DNA of 64,000 bases. It comes from Escherichia phage W22. The position numbers and the translations under genes are program-made. Below the pieces are notes generated by a model, which was not told the origin of the DNA, did not search any database, and saw only the letters and a program-made list of their open reading frames with translations. Location: sequence record PV159336; one strand, given 5' to 3'. Position 1 is the first letter of the stretch, and every line of letters begins with the position of its first letter. This document shows, in pieces, positions 39,168-48,174 of the stretch.

Positions 39168-40181
39168 TTAAAGACTTTCAATAACTTGACGACGCAGTTC
39201 ATTGGCATCTGCAAGATTATAATTAAGACGAACGTGTTCTGCAAGCATCATACCACGATCTTCTGTGTATCTAGGGTTCCTCATTAGCTTGACAACTTCA
39301 TAATGCCAAGATGCTTTAGAGTCTGCATAAATAACAGCCTTTGCATCTACCGGATTGAAGTACGGCAGCACAGGAGAACAGATAATAGGAAGACCCTTTG
39401 CACCTGCTTCCAAAATCTTCAAATTGCTTTTACAGTTGTTGAAGTCATTATCTACCAGAGGAGCAATTGCAATACTGTGACCGTCATACACAGACATATA
39501 CTCACCTAAATTTTTAATAGCTGGTTTATACTGTGCATTTGGAATTTTACGTTTTACTTTAACCCACTCCGCAGTAGTTAGATACTGACTATTATTTCCA
39601 ACAGGTGCAGAAGGATACACTTCATACCCTGCAATTGTCAATAGCGTATCATCAAATGTGTTAGCTACAAGAGATAAATCAGGTTCATGGCTTGCTCCTC
39701 CAGCCCAAACGATAGGCGTGTCAGAATAACGGTCTTTTGTCAAAGTAAATTGACCTTCATCGTAAGGTAGTGCGTTTCTAATAACGACAACATTACGATT
39801 TAAATGACGAATTTTGTAAGCTAGGTATTCTGTTGTTACAGTAACAACATCTGCTAACTTAACCATCTCTACAATAGTCTTTGAGTGATTAGTAAATACG
39901 CCAGCCATATAATGTTCAGGATTAAGCGAATAAAAGTCATCTAAATCAACAATAATCTTAACACCTTGTGCCTTCAGGCGTTTAACTTCGTCTGATCCAC
40001 GAGAATACACTCTATTAAAAACTAAAACGTCTTTCTTAGGCTTAAACGTATTTCCCGCAAATGGCATTACAATACGATGGTAATCACAACCACTGCCTAA
40101 CTTATTATCACACTTAAGTACAGGAGTATTAGGATTTACCATATTTTTGAGCCTCCTCATAAGAGATAAAAGTTTTACCAT
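39168..40181 (-). CDS. glycosyltransferase, GT-B fold (GT4-like), paralog 2
   Basis: Shares blocks with 38212..39156 (LTKDRYS..P.VWAG, YDGH.I.IAPLV.N.FNN.KSNLKILEAGAKGLP); tandem duplication. Confidence 0.5.
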   Translation of the reverse strand: MVKLLSLMRRLKNMVNPNTPVLKCDNKLGSGCDYHRIVMPFAGNTFKPKKDVLVFNRVYSRGSDEVKRLKAQGVKIIVDLDDFYSLNPEHYMAGVFTNHSKTIVEMVKLADVVTVTTEYLAYKIRHLNRNVVVIRNALPYDEGQFTLTKDRYSDTPIVWAGGASHEPDLSLVANTFDDTLLTIAGYEVYPSAPVGNNSQYLTTAEWVKVKRKIPNAQYKPAIKNLGEYMSVYDGHSIAIAPLVDNDFNNCKSNLKILEAGAKGLPIICSPVLPYFNPVDAKAVIYADSKASWHYEVVKLMRNPRYTEDRGMMLAEHVRLNYNLADANELRRQVIESL

Positions 40182-40815
40182 TGCGAAGATCCTCCAGTGA
40201 TTGTTTATATTGTTCCCAGTTTACACCAATCCCCTGTTCTTTCTCTTCTTTTGACAGATTCGCAAAAGGTAAAGGGTTGTCTCCAAACACATCATCAGGA
40301 TGGATAAACGCCATAATTCGAATAGGACATGGTACGCCCTGAATACCTCGGTTCAAACCTGCTAGTGGAACGCGCTGAATCCACTCTGCATCTTCATATC
40401 CATAACCGTGGGTGTATGAGCGGAAATAGCCAGCTTTCTCAATAACTGCACGGGAATACATACCAAACTGGCACATACCTAGTTCCCAAATAACCACTTC
40501 ACCTTCAATACCTTTTACTTTATCTTTAAAGTATTCAGGCATACCAAAGAAATCCCAGCCATTTTCCTTAGCTTGTTTTACAAAATATGTTTCCCAACCT
40601 GGCACAACCGGATAGCAATCATCATCAAAAATAAACCAGTAATCATACCCTTCATCATAAAACTTTTTCATCAGTTCATTACGAGCATATGCAACACCTT
40701 TTCGTTCCCGATCATACTGTACAACAAAAGTAGCATTAGGATCAGTCACAAGATAATCTTTAAGAGGACGCTTACCTACAGTAATAACACCAACACCAAT
40801 TTTTGTATTTTCCAA
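40129..40815 (-). CDS. glycosyltransferase, GT-A fold (DXD motif)
   Basis: 228 aa; YDYWFIFDDDCYP (DXD) and downstream GYGYEDAEW motif. Confidence 0.5.
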   Translation of the reverse strand: MENTKIGVGVITVGKRPLKDYLVTDPNATFVVQYDRERKGVAYARNELMKKFYDEGYDYWFIFDDDCYPVVPGWETYFVKQAKENGWDFFGMPEYFKDKVKGIEGEVVIWELGMCQFGMYSRAVIEKAGYFRSYTHGYGYEDAEWIQRVPLAGLNRGIQGVPCPIRIMAFIHPDDVFGDNPLPFANLSKEEKEQGIGVNWEQYKQSLEDLRNGKTFISYEEAQKYGKS

Positions 40816-40824
40816 AATAACTCC

Positions 40825-41388
40825 TTAAATAATTTTATTCATGTCTTGACAATGTAAAAGGTGTGAAACAGCTTTTCTAGGATCATCATTACCTAAACGG
40901 TATGTGTGAAATAAATATAACCCACGTAGTAAACCTAGCCTTTTATTGTTAGCGTGTAATGCTTTAGAGAAAATTATATCAAACTGTATTGATCTTTCCT
41001 CAAAAGGGATTTCATTCCACAAACTCTTACGAAAGAGAAGAAAGAATCCTGCTAAGATAGCATCTGTAGGTACTTCCTCTATTGAGTTTCCCCATTCTAG
41101 ATGTGCTCTTTTTGCAATCTCAATGTGGTGTAATATATTTGGATCTTCACTTCTTTCATTATTAAATAATTGATATGTTGATCCCAGTCTATTACAAGAT
41201 GCACCAAGAACATCAAAATCAGGATTTGAACGGACTATTGATTCCAACCAAGCAGGTTGTTCTGGAAGAAGAAACATTGTATCAATGTCTCTTAGGCAAA
41301 TCCAACTATCTTCTGGTAAGACACTTATTGTGTCATTGATACCTTTTCCAATATCTCCAGAAAGATAGGGAGTTATGTGAAATATCAT
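40825..41388 (-). CDS. possible GT-A-like glycosyltransferase / hypothetical
   Basis: 187 aa; ICLRDIDTMF could be a DXD-type motif; weak. Confidence 0.3.
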   Translation of the reverse strand: MIFHITPYLSGDIGKGINDTISVLPEDSWICLRDIDTMFLLPEQPAWLESIVRSNPDFDVLGASCNRLGSTYQLFNNERSEDPNILHHIEIAKRAHLEWGNSIEEVPTDAILAGFFLLFRKSLWNEIPFEERSIQFDIIFSKALHANNKRLGLLRGLYLFHTYRLGNDDPRKAVSHLLHCQDMNKII

Positions 41389-41445
41389 ACTCCCTCCGTA
41401 TTATTACTTTAGCATTTTTAGACTAAAAAGTCCAAATGGTTTTAC

Positions 41446-41640
41446 CTATTGATTACGTTTTGCGAGTTCCATTTGGATAGCTAAACTGTGATCTCGTGCT
41501 TCCATATACTCTTTATATGTTTCATTAAGATGATCACGACAAACATCACGCAGTTTAATCAGTTTATCTGTAGGGATACCACTAAGATCATCCCAAGACT
41601 TTACAACTTCACCAGTATCATTGATCCCAATGGTTTTCAT
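41446..41640 (-). CDS. hypothetical small protein
   Basis: 64-aa ORF. Confidence 0.3.
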   Translation of the reverse strand: MKTIGINDTGEVVKSWDDLSGIPTDKLIKLRDVCRDHLNETYKEYMEARDHSLAIQMELAKRNQ

Positions 41641-41848
41641 CTACAACCTCCTTAATTGCTACAGCACAGTTTTTGCAGATACACTGCCCTTTACCTTTAG
41701 AAATCTGGATGTAAGGTTCATTTTCATTTTCGCCCTTACGTGAGTCATATATTACAGAATTGAAGCACACAACGCAAATATTTTTTAAGATTGTATACTT
41801 ATCAACTTTCTTTTTTGTTTTAAAGTTAACTTCAATAACATCAGCCAT
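41618..41848 (-). CDS. small zinc-ribbon protein
   Basis: CVVCFNS...CICKNC (two CxxC pairs); start moved to internal Met adjoining upstream stop. Confidence 0.35.
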   Translation of the reverse strand: MADVIEVNFKTKKKVDKYTILKNICVVCFNSVIYDSRKGENENEPYIQISKGKGQCICKNCAVAIKEVVDENHWDQ

Positions 41849-42126
41849 CAGTGTAACACTCCCAGTATGTTGTTTTGTGACATAACCATAGAACATTCAA
41901 CATTATCGTGACTACGTGAAAAACGTTCCCAAACATCTTCATCGACTCGTAAAGCTATACAAGGATAGACGTTATCATTGATCATTTCAATTGAATAAAC
42001 ATCCACATTGTCTTCGTCCTCGATGAACATCATTGCAAACTGTTCTAAATGTTTCCTAATGTAATGTACATCCTCTTCTGTAAGACCAATAACAAGATAA
42101 CTTGCAACGATAACGCCATCTTTCAT
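41848..42126 (-). CDS. hypothetical small protein
   Basis: 92-aa ORF coupled to neighbours. Confidence 0.3.
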   Translation of the reverse strand: MKDGVIVASYLVIGLTEEDVHYIRKHLEQFAMMFIEDEDNVDVYSIEMINDNVYPCIALRVDEDVWERFSRSHDNVECSMVMSQNNILGVLH

Positions 42127-42136
42127 CTATATCTCC

Positions 42137-42646
42137 TTAGCGATAGAATTGATGTTCTTTGTAGCGGTACACCAGAACCATATCTTTTTCCCAGTGTGCT
42201 CTTATTGTAGATTTTTTAAAGTATAATGCTCCTTTTGTAATATCTAATGCAATTCGTAATTCTGGAAAATGGTTATCGAGATAAAGTAGACGTTCTGCTA
42301 TAGCTTTAGCGTCTTTCCACTTATCGTGTTCCATAACGTTGAATGTCTTCGTGTAAGAGAATTGTCCTTTCTGAAACAAAACTTCTTTTATAGTATCAGG
42401 GAAATATGAATCTCTAGCCCTATTCAATACTACATTACCAACAGCAGACATACCGCGCTTTCCTTGATTACGACTTTCTGCATAGATTGCACAAGCTAAT
42501 AGATTTTCTTTACTATCACGCTTTGTACACTTGTGAACTACTTTAGCAGTTTTTACGTTTGCAGCTTCGGCTTGCGCCACAACAGGTGTAAATGTAAAAG
42601 CAGTTAAGGATAGTAACGCAATTGCGACAAAGGTTTTTATTGACAA
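42137..42646 (-). CDS. secreted cell wall hydrolase (SleB/Hydrolase_2-like), candidate endolysin
   Basis: N-terminal signal peptide (FVAIALLSLTAFTFTPVVAQA) and motif AIYAESRNQ...AVGNVVLNR typical of SleB-like hydrolases. Confidence 0.55.
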   Translation of the reverse strand: MSIKTFVAIALLSLTAFTFTPVVAQAEAANVKTAKVVHKCTKRDSKENLLACAIYAESRNQGKRGMSAVGNVVLNRARDSYFPDTIKEVLFQKGQFSYTKTFNVMEHDKWKDAKAIAERLLYLDNHFPELRIALDITKGALYFKKSTIRAHWEKDMVLVYRYKEHQFYR

Positions 42647-42705
42647 ACTTGCCTCCTATTTTGTTAAACGAACTTTTATTGTAACACAGAAGAGGCTATT
42701 TTGCA

Positions 42706-42730
42706 AGTGGAGGGGGACTATCCCCCTCTT
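42706..42730 (-). terminator. GC-rich hairpin (terminator-like, weak T-tract)
   Basis: GGAGGGGGA-CTA-TCCCCCTCT stem-loop downstream of 42739 gene. Confidence 0.3.
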
Positions 42731-42738
42731 ACACTCTG

Positions 42739-43341
42739 TTAGATATTGTAAACCTTTGTATGAGTTACTACACCATCTTCTACAAAATCAATACGTTCTT
42801 GATCCGTGACTAGTGCAGACAACACTTTAAATTTAATTTTTACACGTTCAAAAGCTGGTTGACCATCTTTAAGATAATTATGTTCGGTTGTCACTGTCTT
42901 GTTTACAAAATCAACTTTCGCTTTACCGTTTTCGCGTAGGTGGAATGTTTTTCCTGCTTTGTACACAATTTCAACATTACCTTCGAGAGTAATTCCTTCA
43001 AAAAGTTCACCCTCTTCTTCATTTTCTTCACTTTTGAACAGACGACGAAACTCTTCCATATCAAGATAAACAACATCTTCAGAAGAACTATCAGTAAGAT
43101 ATGTCTTACCCTCCATCAACCCGAAATATTGCCAGATTGCCGAATAAACATCACTAGATGATCCAAGGGTTTCTCTGAGTTTAGTTCCACGGATTACTTC
43201 ATAAACTTCAAAATTGAAACCAGACTGCAAAGCATCAAACAGCACATCACTAACTTCTAAAGCATAATCTTCATCGCTGTCAATATCTACAAGAAAATTG
43301 CCGCTACGAATAAGTTTTTGACCTTCTAAAGTAATACCCAT
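42739..43341 (-). CDS. hypothetical acidic protein
   Basis: 200-aa ORF between terminator hairpins. Confidence 0.4.
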   Translation of the reverse strand: MGITLEGQKLIRSGNFLVDIDSDEDYALEVSDVLFDALQSGFNFEVYEVIRGTKLRETLGSSSDVYSAIWQYFGLMEGKTYLTDSSSEDVVYLDMEEFRRLFKSEENEEEGELFEGITLEGNVEIVYKAGKTFHLRENGKAKVDFVNKTVTTEHNYLKDGQPAFERVKIKFKVLSALVTDQERIDFVEDGVVTHTKVYNI

Positions 43342-43366
43342 TGTTTTCTCCTCTTTTATTTCAAAT

Positions 43367-43390
43367 ATGCGCCCCGAAGGGCGCTATGAT
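43367..43390 (-). terminator. rho-independent terminator after TerD-like gene
   Basis: GCGCCC-CGAA-GGGCGC hairpin followed by T-rich tract on - strand. Confidence 0.45.
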
Positions 43391-43405
43391 TTATTACTTG
43401 ACGTC

Positions 43406-44002
43406 TTACTCGAACCAATCGTCGCCAGCGCCAAACGCTTTAACTACATCGTAAATGTCAAGCCCAGCTTTACCTACACCATATGCTTTCAGTTTCCATT
43501 CGCTATCTTCTCGCACCAGGGAGGCAACGTGGCAAATGGTGTTACCTGCAAGTTCTGGAGCCAAGAAGTCAAAGTCCAGCAGTTCAACATTACGTTCATC
43601 ATCGAAGATTTTAAGGAAACCTTCGGTAGCGTGACCAAGGCGTTTCTTACCCGTTTCGTCATCAATAGTAATTACGAATGCAATTTCCTGTGCTTCAGCA
43701 GAGATATTATCCAGTGTAACATCAATCTGCTCCATCTGTCCTACACCATCACGAACATCTTCACCTGCAAAAGTAGAACGTTCAGGATCAAATTTCTGCG
43801 CGTAGCACACCAGGTGACGAGGAGACAACAGTTCCGGCAGACCAGATGCATTGTGTCGGCAAATCAGAGCACTAACATCCAGATCCAGTTTTTCGTTAGA
43901 TTTCCAAGAGAATTCCAGACGAATGCGTTTCAGTGCTGGTGCGATCTTTTTCAGAGAAACTTTTTCGCTAGAACCTTTTTTCAGGGAAATTTTCTGAGTC
44001 AT
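43406..44002 (-). CDS. terD: TerD-domain protein (tellurite-resistance TerD/TerZ/TerE family)
   Basis: 198 aa; MTQKISLKKGSSEKVSLKK..., LDLDVSALI, IAFVITIDDE, EWKLKAYGVGKAGL track the TerD domain along its whole length (compared with E. coli TerD from memory). Confidence 0.85.
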   Translation of the reverse strand: MTQKISLKKGSSEKVSLKKIAPALKRIRLEFSWKSNEKLDLDVSALICRHNASGLPELLSPRHLVCYAQKFDPERSTFAGEDVRDGVGQMEQIDVTLDNISAEAQEIAFVITIDDETGKKRLGHATEGFLKIFDDERNVELLDFDFLAPELAGNTICHVASLVREDSEWKLKAYGVGKAGLDIYDVVKAFGAGDDWFE

Positions 44003-44074
44003 AATTTATTATCTCCTTTGTTGTTAATTTACGTTGTCTATTTTACTAATCTTTTCTACAAAGTCAAGCGTTTT

Positions 44075-44869
44075 TTACGCTTTTGCTCCGAATTTTTTAA
44101 CCCACTCACCAAACTCTTCGGATAACAGTTTATCGTAAAGTTCTTCATCAGACAAGGACAAATCTGCAATACCGATAAAATCAACATTATCGTACTCTTT
44201 TGCCAAGTCTTTCAGGAATTTAAAGTTTGCATTACCTACACCAACCATAAACCAGTAAACAGGCGTATTGCGGTGTTTGTTCAGTAAGCTACGTACTGCT
44301 GAAGTATCCATGTTTTCCCCGTCAGTTTGGAAGAAAATCATTGCAGGAGTACGATCAACTTGTGCATCAGTATCTACAACCTGTTCTACAACAGTACGTG
44401 TTACTTCTACAAGTTCTTTTTTACCAGTTAGTTTAGCAAGGAAACCCTTAGCCGGGACTTCTTCATACTCAACGACTTCACGTGTAATATTTTTCATAGG
44501 TACACTACCGAAGTATGTATCATAGATCTCTTGCATTACTGGAGCATAAGCAGTACCACCGTTGATGCAAACATTAGACATGCAAGAGCCGACATAATCA
44601 TCATACACATCAGCCGTTGCAGGAGGCAGTTCAAAAGAAGAACTATTGAAAGCCCACATGTCAATCTGTGCATTATCATCAAACTTCATACCAAACGGCA
44701 GCAGTTTACCTACAAAATCACTAACAGTGCCATCACGATACAGCTCACACATACTACCCGAAATATCTAAGGCGCTACCGACACGAAGAACAACATCGTT
44801 AATCTTTTTCTTACGCAGAGATACAGTAAGAGTTTCTTGACGTTTTTTAAGACTGATTTTATTGGACAT
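44075..44869 (-). CDS. von Willebrand factor A domain protein (TerY/TerF-C-like)
   Basis: MIDAS motif DISGSM, then GGTAY and FFQTDGENMD; N-terminus ISLKKRQETLTVSLRKK echoes TerD first strand. Confidence 0.65.
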   Translation of the reverse strand: MSNKISLKKRQETLTVSLRKKKINDVVLRVGSALDISGSMCELYRDGTVSDFVGKLLPFGMKFDDNAQIDMWAFNSSSFELPPATADVYDDYVGSCMSNVCINGGTAYAPVMQEIYDTYFGSVPMKNITREVVEYEEVPAKGFLAKLTGKKELVEVTRTVVEQVVDTDAQVDRTPAMIFFQTDGENMDTSAVRSLLNKHRNTPVYWFMVGVGNANFKFLKDLAKEYDNVDFIGIADLSLSDEELYDKLLSEEFGEWVKKFGAKA

Positions 44870-44870
44870 A

Positions 44871-45140
44871 TTATTTCTCCTTTCTGAGTGTAATGTTAGT
44901 AACTTCTAAATCCACTTCTACCACTTCTGTATCATATAAAATACAGTTAAGTTGACCTCTTTGTGAACCGTTCAGACACATTGCTTGGTTTGTATTAACT
45001 TTAATAAACACTAAGTTTCTGAACGTATCTAAACCAGAATCTTGATACGCAACATAATATACGAATGTATCACCTGCGTCAAGTTCTCCAAAACATTTAG
45101 GTTCATCTGATTTATCGTCTTTGATATTAAATTTAAGCAC
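44871..45140 (-). CDS. hypothetical protein
   Basis: 89-aa ORF coupled to vWA gene. Confidence 0.35.
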   Translation of the reverse strand: MLKFNIKDDKSDEPKCFGELDAGDTFVYYVAYQDSGLDTFRNLVFIKVNTNQAMCLNGSQRGQLNCILYDTEVVEVDLEVTNITLRKEK

Positions 45141-45696
45141 TGTCTTCTCCTTTACCTGCCATCCAGCCTAAATAGAAAGCCTCTCTGGTGATCTTTTGCA
45201 ACTCGTTTAAAGAGATAGTTACAACTAAATCATCTTCAATTTCTAGCTTTGAGTCTTCTTCTGTCTCAATGCAAGTATTATGCACTTTGTGGTAAGGATT
45301 GTCAACACGTTTAAATTTATTATTTTCAGTGCTGAAGAAGCAATCTGGATCTTCTTCTCCATCACCCCAACCCTGGTTAGGGTCTTCTTCAGATCTTTCT
45401 GTTGGGATCTCACCTGTAAAGTGCTCTTCTAATACCATAGCGATACCATCTCCAAGATCGGAAGAGAACATCAAATTACAAACTTCTTCCCAAGGCATAG
45501 ACCACTTAAATCTTTTACGATTGCCATGTTTATCTTCTTCGTTAGAGAAAACACTACCATAGCTATCATAATTGCCATACATCTCTTCAACAACTTTACC
45601 ACCTTTCAAAAGAAATAGGTAGCAAGGAGAACCATCGAAAGAGGTAGAAAGAGCAGCATTACCAGACTCTTTGCACAAGAAACTAAAACACCCCAT
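45133..45696 (-). CDS. hypothetical acidic protein
   Basis: 187-aa ORF, Cys-containing, very acidic. Confidence 0.35.
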   Translation of the reverse strand: MGCFSFLCKESGNAALSTSFDGSPCYLFLLKGGKVVEEMYGNYDSYGSVFSNEEDKHGNRKRFKWSMPWEEVCNLMFSSDLGDGIAMVLEEHFTGEIPTERSEEDPNQGWGDGEEDPDCFFSTENNKFKRVDNPYHKVHNTCIETEEDSKLEIEDDLVVTISLNELQKITREAFYLGWMAGKGEDSA

Positions 45697-45896
45697 TATA
45701 CACCAGCCTTAAGATCAATTAAAGCCAAAGTTGTTTCAGAATGTGTTTGCTCGTCTACAGGTGCAGTCATATGATAATACAAAAAGTCTTCGGCATCATA
45801 CCAATCTGACTCTTGACCTTGTTTCCAACCATCAATGAAAGCATCTTCCATAATGGTTTGTAATTCTTCACGAGTTAAGTGAATATCTTTATTCAT
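45696..45896 (-). CDS. hypothetical small protein
   Basis: 66-aa ORF, start/stop coupled to neighbours. Confidence 0.3.
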   Translation of the reverse strand: MNKDIHLTREELQTIMEDAFIDGWKQGQESDWYDAEDFLYYHMTAPVDEQTHSETTLALIDLKAGV

Positions 45897-46129
45897 TACA
45901 CATTCTCCTCTTTTACCAATTCCATCGTTGAACTATCAAAACCATCTTTAGAAGAATAGGTATAGACAGAACGTAGTTCTCGCAGGACAGTAAATACATT
46001 AGGATCATCTAACCAAGCATCCTGGAGGAGAACATAACGATCTTCATTGTCGTACTGGACAGCGATCATAGAACCAGACAGTTTGTAAATTTTAATATTC
46101 ATAATATATTGCTCCTTAAAGTAGACCAC
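45896..46129 (-). CDS. hypothetical small protein
   Basis: 77-aa ORF overlapping upstream gene end. Confidence 0.3.
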   Translation of the reverse strand: MVYFKEQYIMNIKIYKLSGSMIAVQYDNEDRYVLLQDAWLDDPNVFTVLRELRSVYTYSSKDGFDSSTMELVKEENV

Positions 46130-47219
46130 GTTTAACAGTTTGAATCATACCATCTTCAAGAGATTGCACTTCTTGAATATAATCAATACGAGCAGCACGG
46201 GCTTCAGTGTTGATTCGGTTAGTTTCTTCCAACATTTTAACTAAGTTTTCTTGATCGCGACGTAATGTTTCAATATCCAATACTTGACGATTAGCAAGTT
46301 GCGTAGCTTCAATTTGGTTTTGTGAAGCCAGATCACTACCCATTGCAATAGCAGCATTAAATTCATTCAGTACATTGTTCTGTGTATCGGCTGCTTTCTT
46401 CTGGCGTAGACTTTCAATATACATAGAAAAGTTTGCAGAGTAAGCAGGGATAACATTATTCACAATGTTACGTGCTGATCGCATCAAACTTGCAGATACT
46501 TTCTGCATACTTTGTACACGTGGCCCCATCTGAACACACAGTAAACGCAAGGCTTTCAGGTCTGCAATACGAATTTCAAGCAGATCCATAGTATCACGAG
46601 TACGTTGACGCTCTTCTACTTCATTTTCAGGTAGTGTATTAAGGCGAACTTCTTCTTTTTCATAAGTAGCTGTTAGAAGCTCTATATCCCTGTTTAAGCT
46701 AAGAGCATATTTTGCAATAGCCTCTTCTAAACGTTGCAGATATCGTAAAGAATCTTCTTCTTTTTTCAAGTCTGTTTGGAGTGTCTTTACCAAACCTTCA
46801 ATACGATTATTGATGGTGTCAAATTCACCAAACAAATCTTCTTTCATACCTAATACTTTCTTAACTAGTTTACCTAAGCCTTTAGATTGTTTAATAGAGT
46901 TAGGATCAAGTTGCTTTGCTTGCTTAATAAGTGCAGTTAAACGTTCACTCATTTCATCTCCCTGAGATGAACGCTGGTGTTTAAGCACTTCAGCATTAAG
47001 GTTACGAAGAGTAAGTCCTGCATCAGCACCAACTTGTTCAATCTCTTCACGAGACATTGGAGGCAGCATTTGTACAGGTCGTGCAACAGCAGGGGCATAT
47101 ACAGGGCTTGCATCCATAGCACTTGGAGCAAACAAAGACTTACTTTTTTCTGTTGTTGCCGTGAATACACTCATTTCAGACGGTTTGCTTTTTACGGCAC
47201 TGATAAAAGGACTGGACAT
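46116..47219 (-). CDS. TelA-like (toxic anion resistance) coiled-coil protein, tentative
   Basis: 367 aa, predominantly helical/coiled-coil; call rests largely on size, composition and neighbourhood with TerD/TerC/vWA. Confidence 0.4.
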   Translation of the reverse strand: MSSPFISAVKSKPSEMSVFTATTEKSKSLFAPSAMDASPVYAPAVARPVQMLPPMSREEIEQVGADAGLTLRNLNAEVLKHQRSSQGDEMSERLTALIKQAKQLDPNSIKQSKGLGKLVKKVLGMKEDLFGEFDTINNRIEGLVKTLQTDLKKEEDSLRYLQRLEEAIAKYALSLNRDIELLTATYEKEEVRLNTLPENEVEERQRTRDTMDLLEIRIADLKALRLLCVQMGPRVQSMQKVSASLMRSARNIVNNVIPAYSANFSMYIESLRQKKAADTQNNVLNEFNAAIAMGSDLASQNQIEATQLANRQVLDIETLRRDQENLVKMLEETNRINTEARAARIDYIQEVQSLEDGMIQTVKRGLL

Positions 47220-47287
47220 TCAATTTCCTCCATATTCTTTAGTAGATGGTGATACCTCTGTACCACCATCATAACACAAATTAAGTA

Positions 47288-48139
47288 TTAAACAAACATA
47301 TCTAAATAATTTGTAGTAATAAATGCTCCATCTGCTTCCAGATTAACATAACCAGTAGCATTAGTGGTTAAGAAATCCAGATCGAAGGATTCTTTAACAC
47401 CCCGTACCTCAACACGAGAGATATCGAATACAGGTAGTGTAACAGCCTCTTCGTGCAATACCGTACCTTTGTAGGTTGCCTTAATGATAAACTTGATATT
47501 ACCCGTTCCCGCATCATACAAAACACTTTCAAACCCTTTGAGAGTATACTTATCACCAGAAGTGAAGTGCAAAGTGGCTTTGTTTACAGTACGTTTTTTA
47601 CGAGGAGTTCCTTTCACACGTTTATGATCACTACGTTTTTTGTATTTAGGAGTGAATACAAACGATACACTCTCAAGAAAGGTATCAACATCAAGGATTT
47701 CAATATCCTCTGTTGCAGCAAATTTTGAAGTCGTTGCATCAAAATGCTTTCCCCTGCGATCATACATAAAGATATCAAACCGATCTTCTACATCAAACAA
47801 ATTATGTATCTTAATTTCAGAATGCTTGCACATTGCAGCAACCTTAAACTCTTCAAAACGTGGGTGTTCTACAAGCTCTTCAAGTTTTACACCAAAGACA
47901 GTATATTGTTTCGAAGTTTTTTCTGGCGTTGGCATTACAGAAGCATAATCACCGATTGCGCTTTTAAAGCAAAATTGTTCTTGACCTGTATTTTTACCAA
48001 CGAATTTACAGTATTCGTCATCGTGCATACTTTCTTTGGTAGTACCAACAAACTCAAAACCATCTTTATTCTTCTCAAGAATTTCTTGATTAAAGATCCA
48101 ACCTTCCAGGCGATACACTTTACCAACTTCTAGTTTCAT
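47288..48139 (-). CDS. hypothetical protein
   Basis: 283-aa ORF with Lys/Arg-rich linker (KYKKRSDHKRVKGTPRKKRTVNK). Confidence 0.4.
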   Translation of the reverse strand: MKLEVGKVYRLEGWIFNQEILEKNKDGFEFVGTTKESMHDDEYCKFVGKNTGQEQFCFKSAIGDYASVMPTPEKTSKQYTVFGVKLEELVEHPRFEEFKVAAMCKHSEIKIHNLFDVEDRFDIFMYDRRGKHFDATTSKFAATEDIEILDVDTFLESVSFVFTPKYKKRSDHKRVKGTPRKKRTVNKATLHFTSGDKYTLKGFESVLYDAGTGNIKFIIKATYKGTVLHEEAVTLPVFDISRVEVRGVKESFDLDFLTTNATGYVNLEADGAFITTNYLDMFV

Positions 48140-48174
48140 CTGTTTCTCCTTCTTATTTAATCTGTATTAAATTA

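Noticed and set aside
43367-44125. 252-aa + strand ORF
   Set aside because: Antisense to the strongly supported TerD and vWA genes; low-complexity F/N/C-rich translation, no RBS; typical shadow ORF.
47453-48133. + strand ORFs antisense to the 47288..48139 gene
   Set aside because: Overlapping shadow ORFs in an AT-rich region; the - strand ORF is longer and fits the operon structure.
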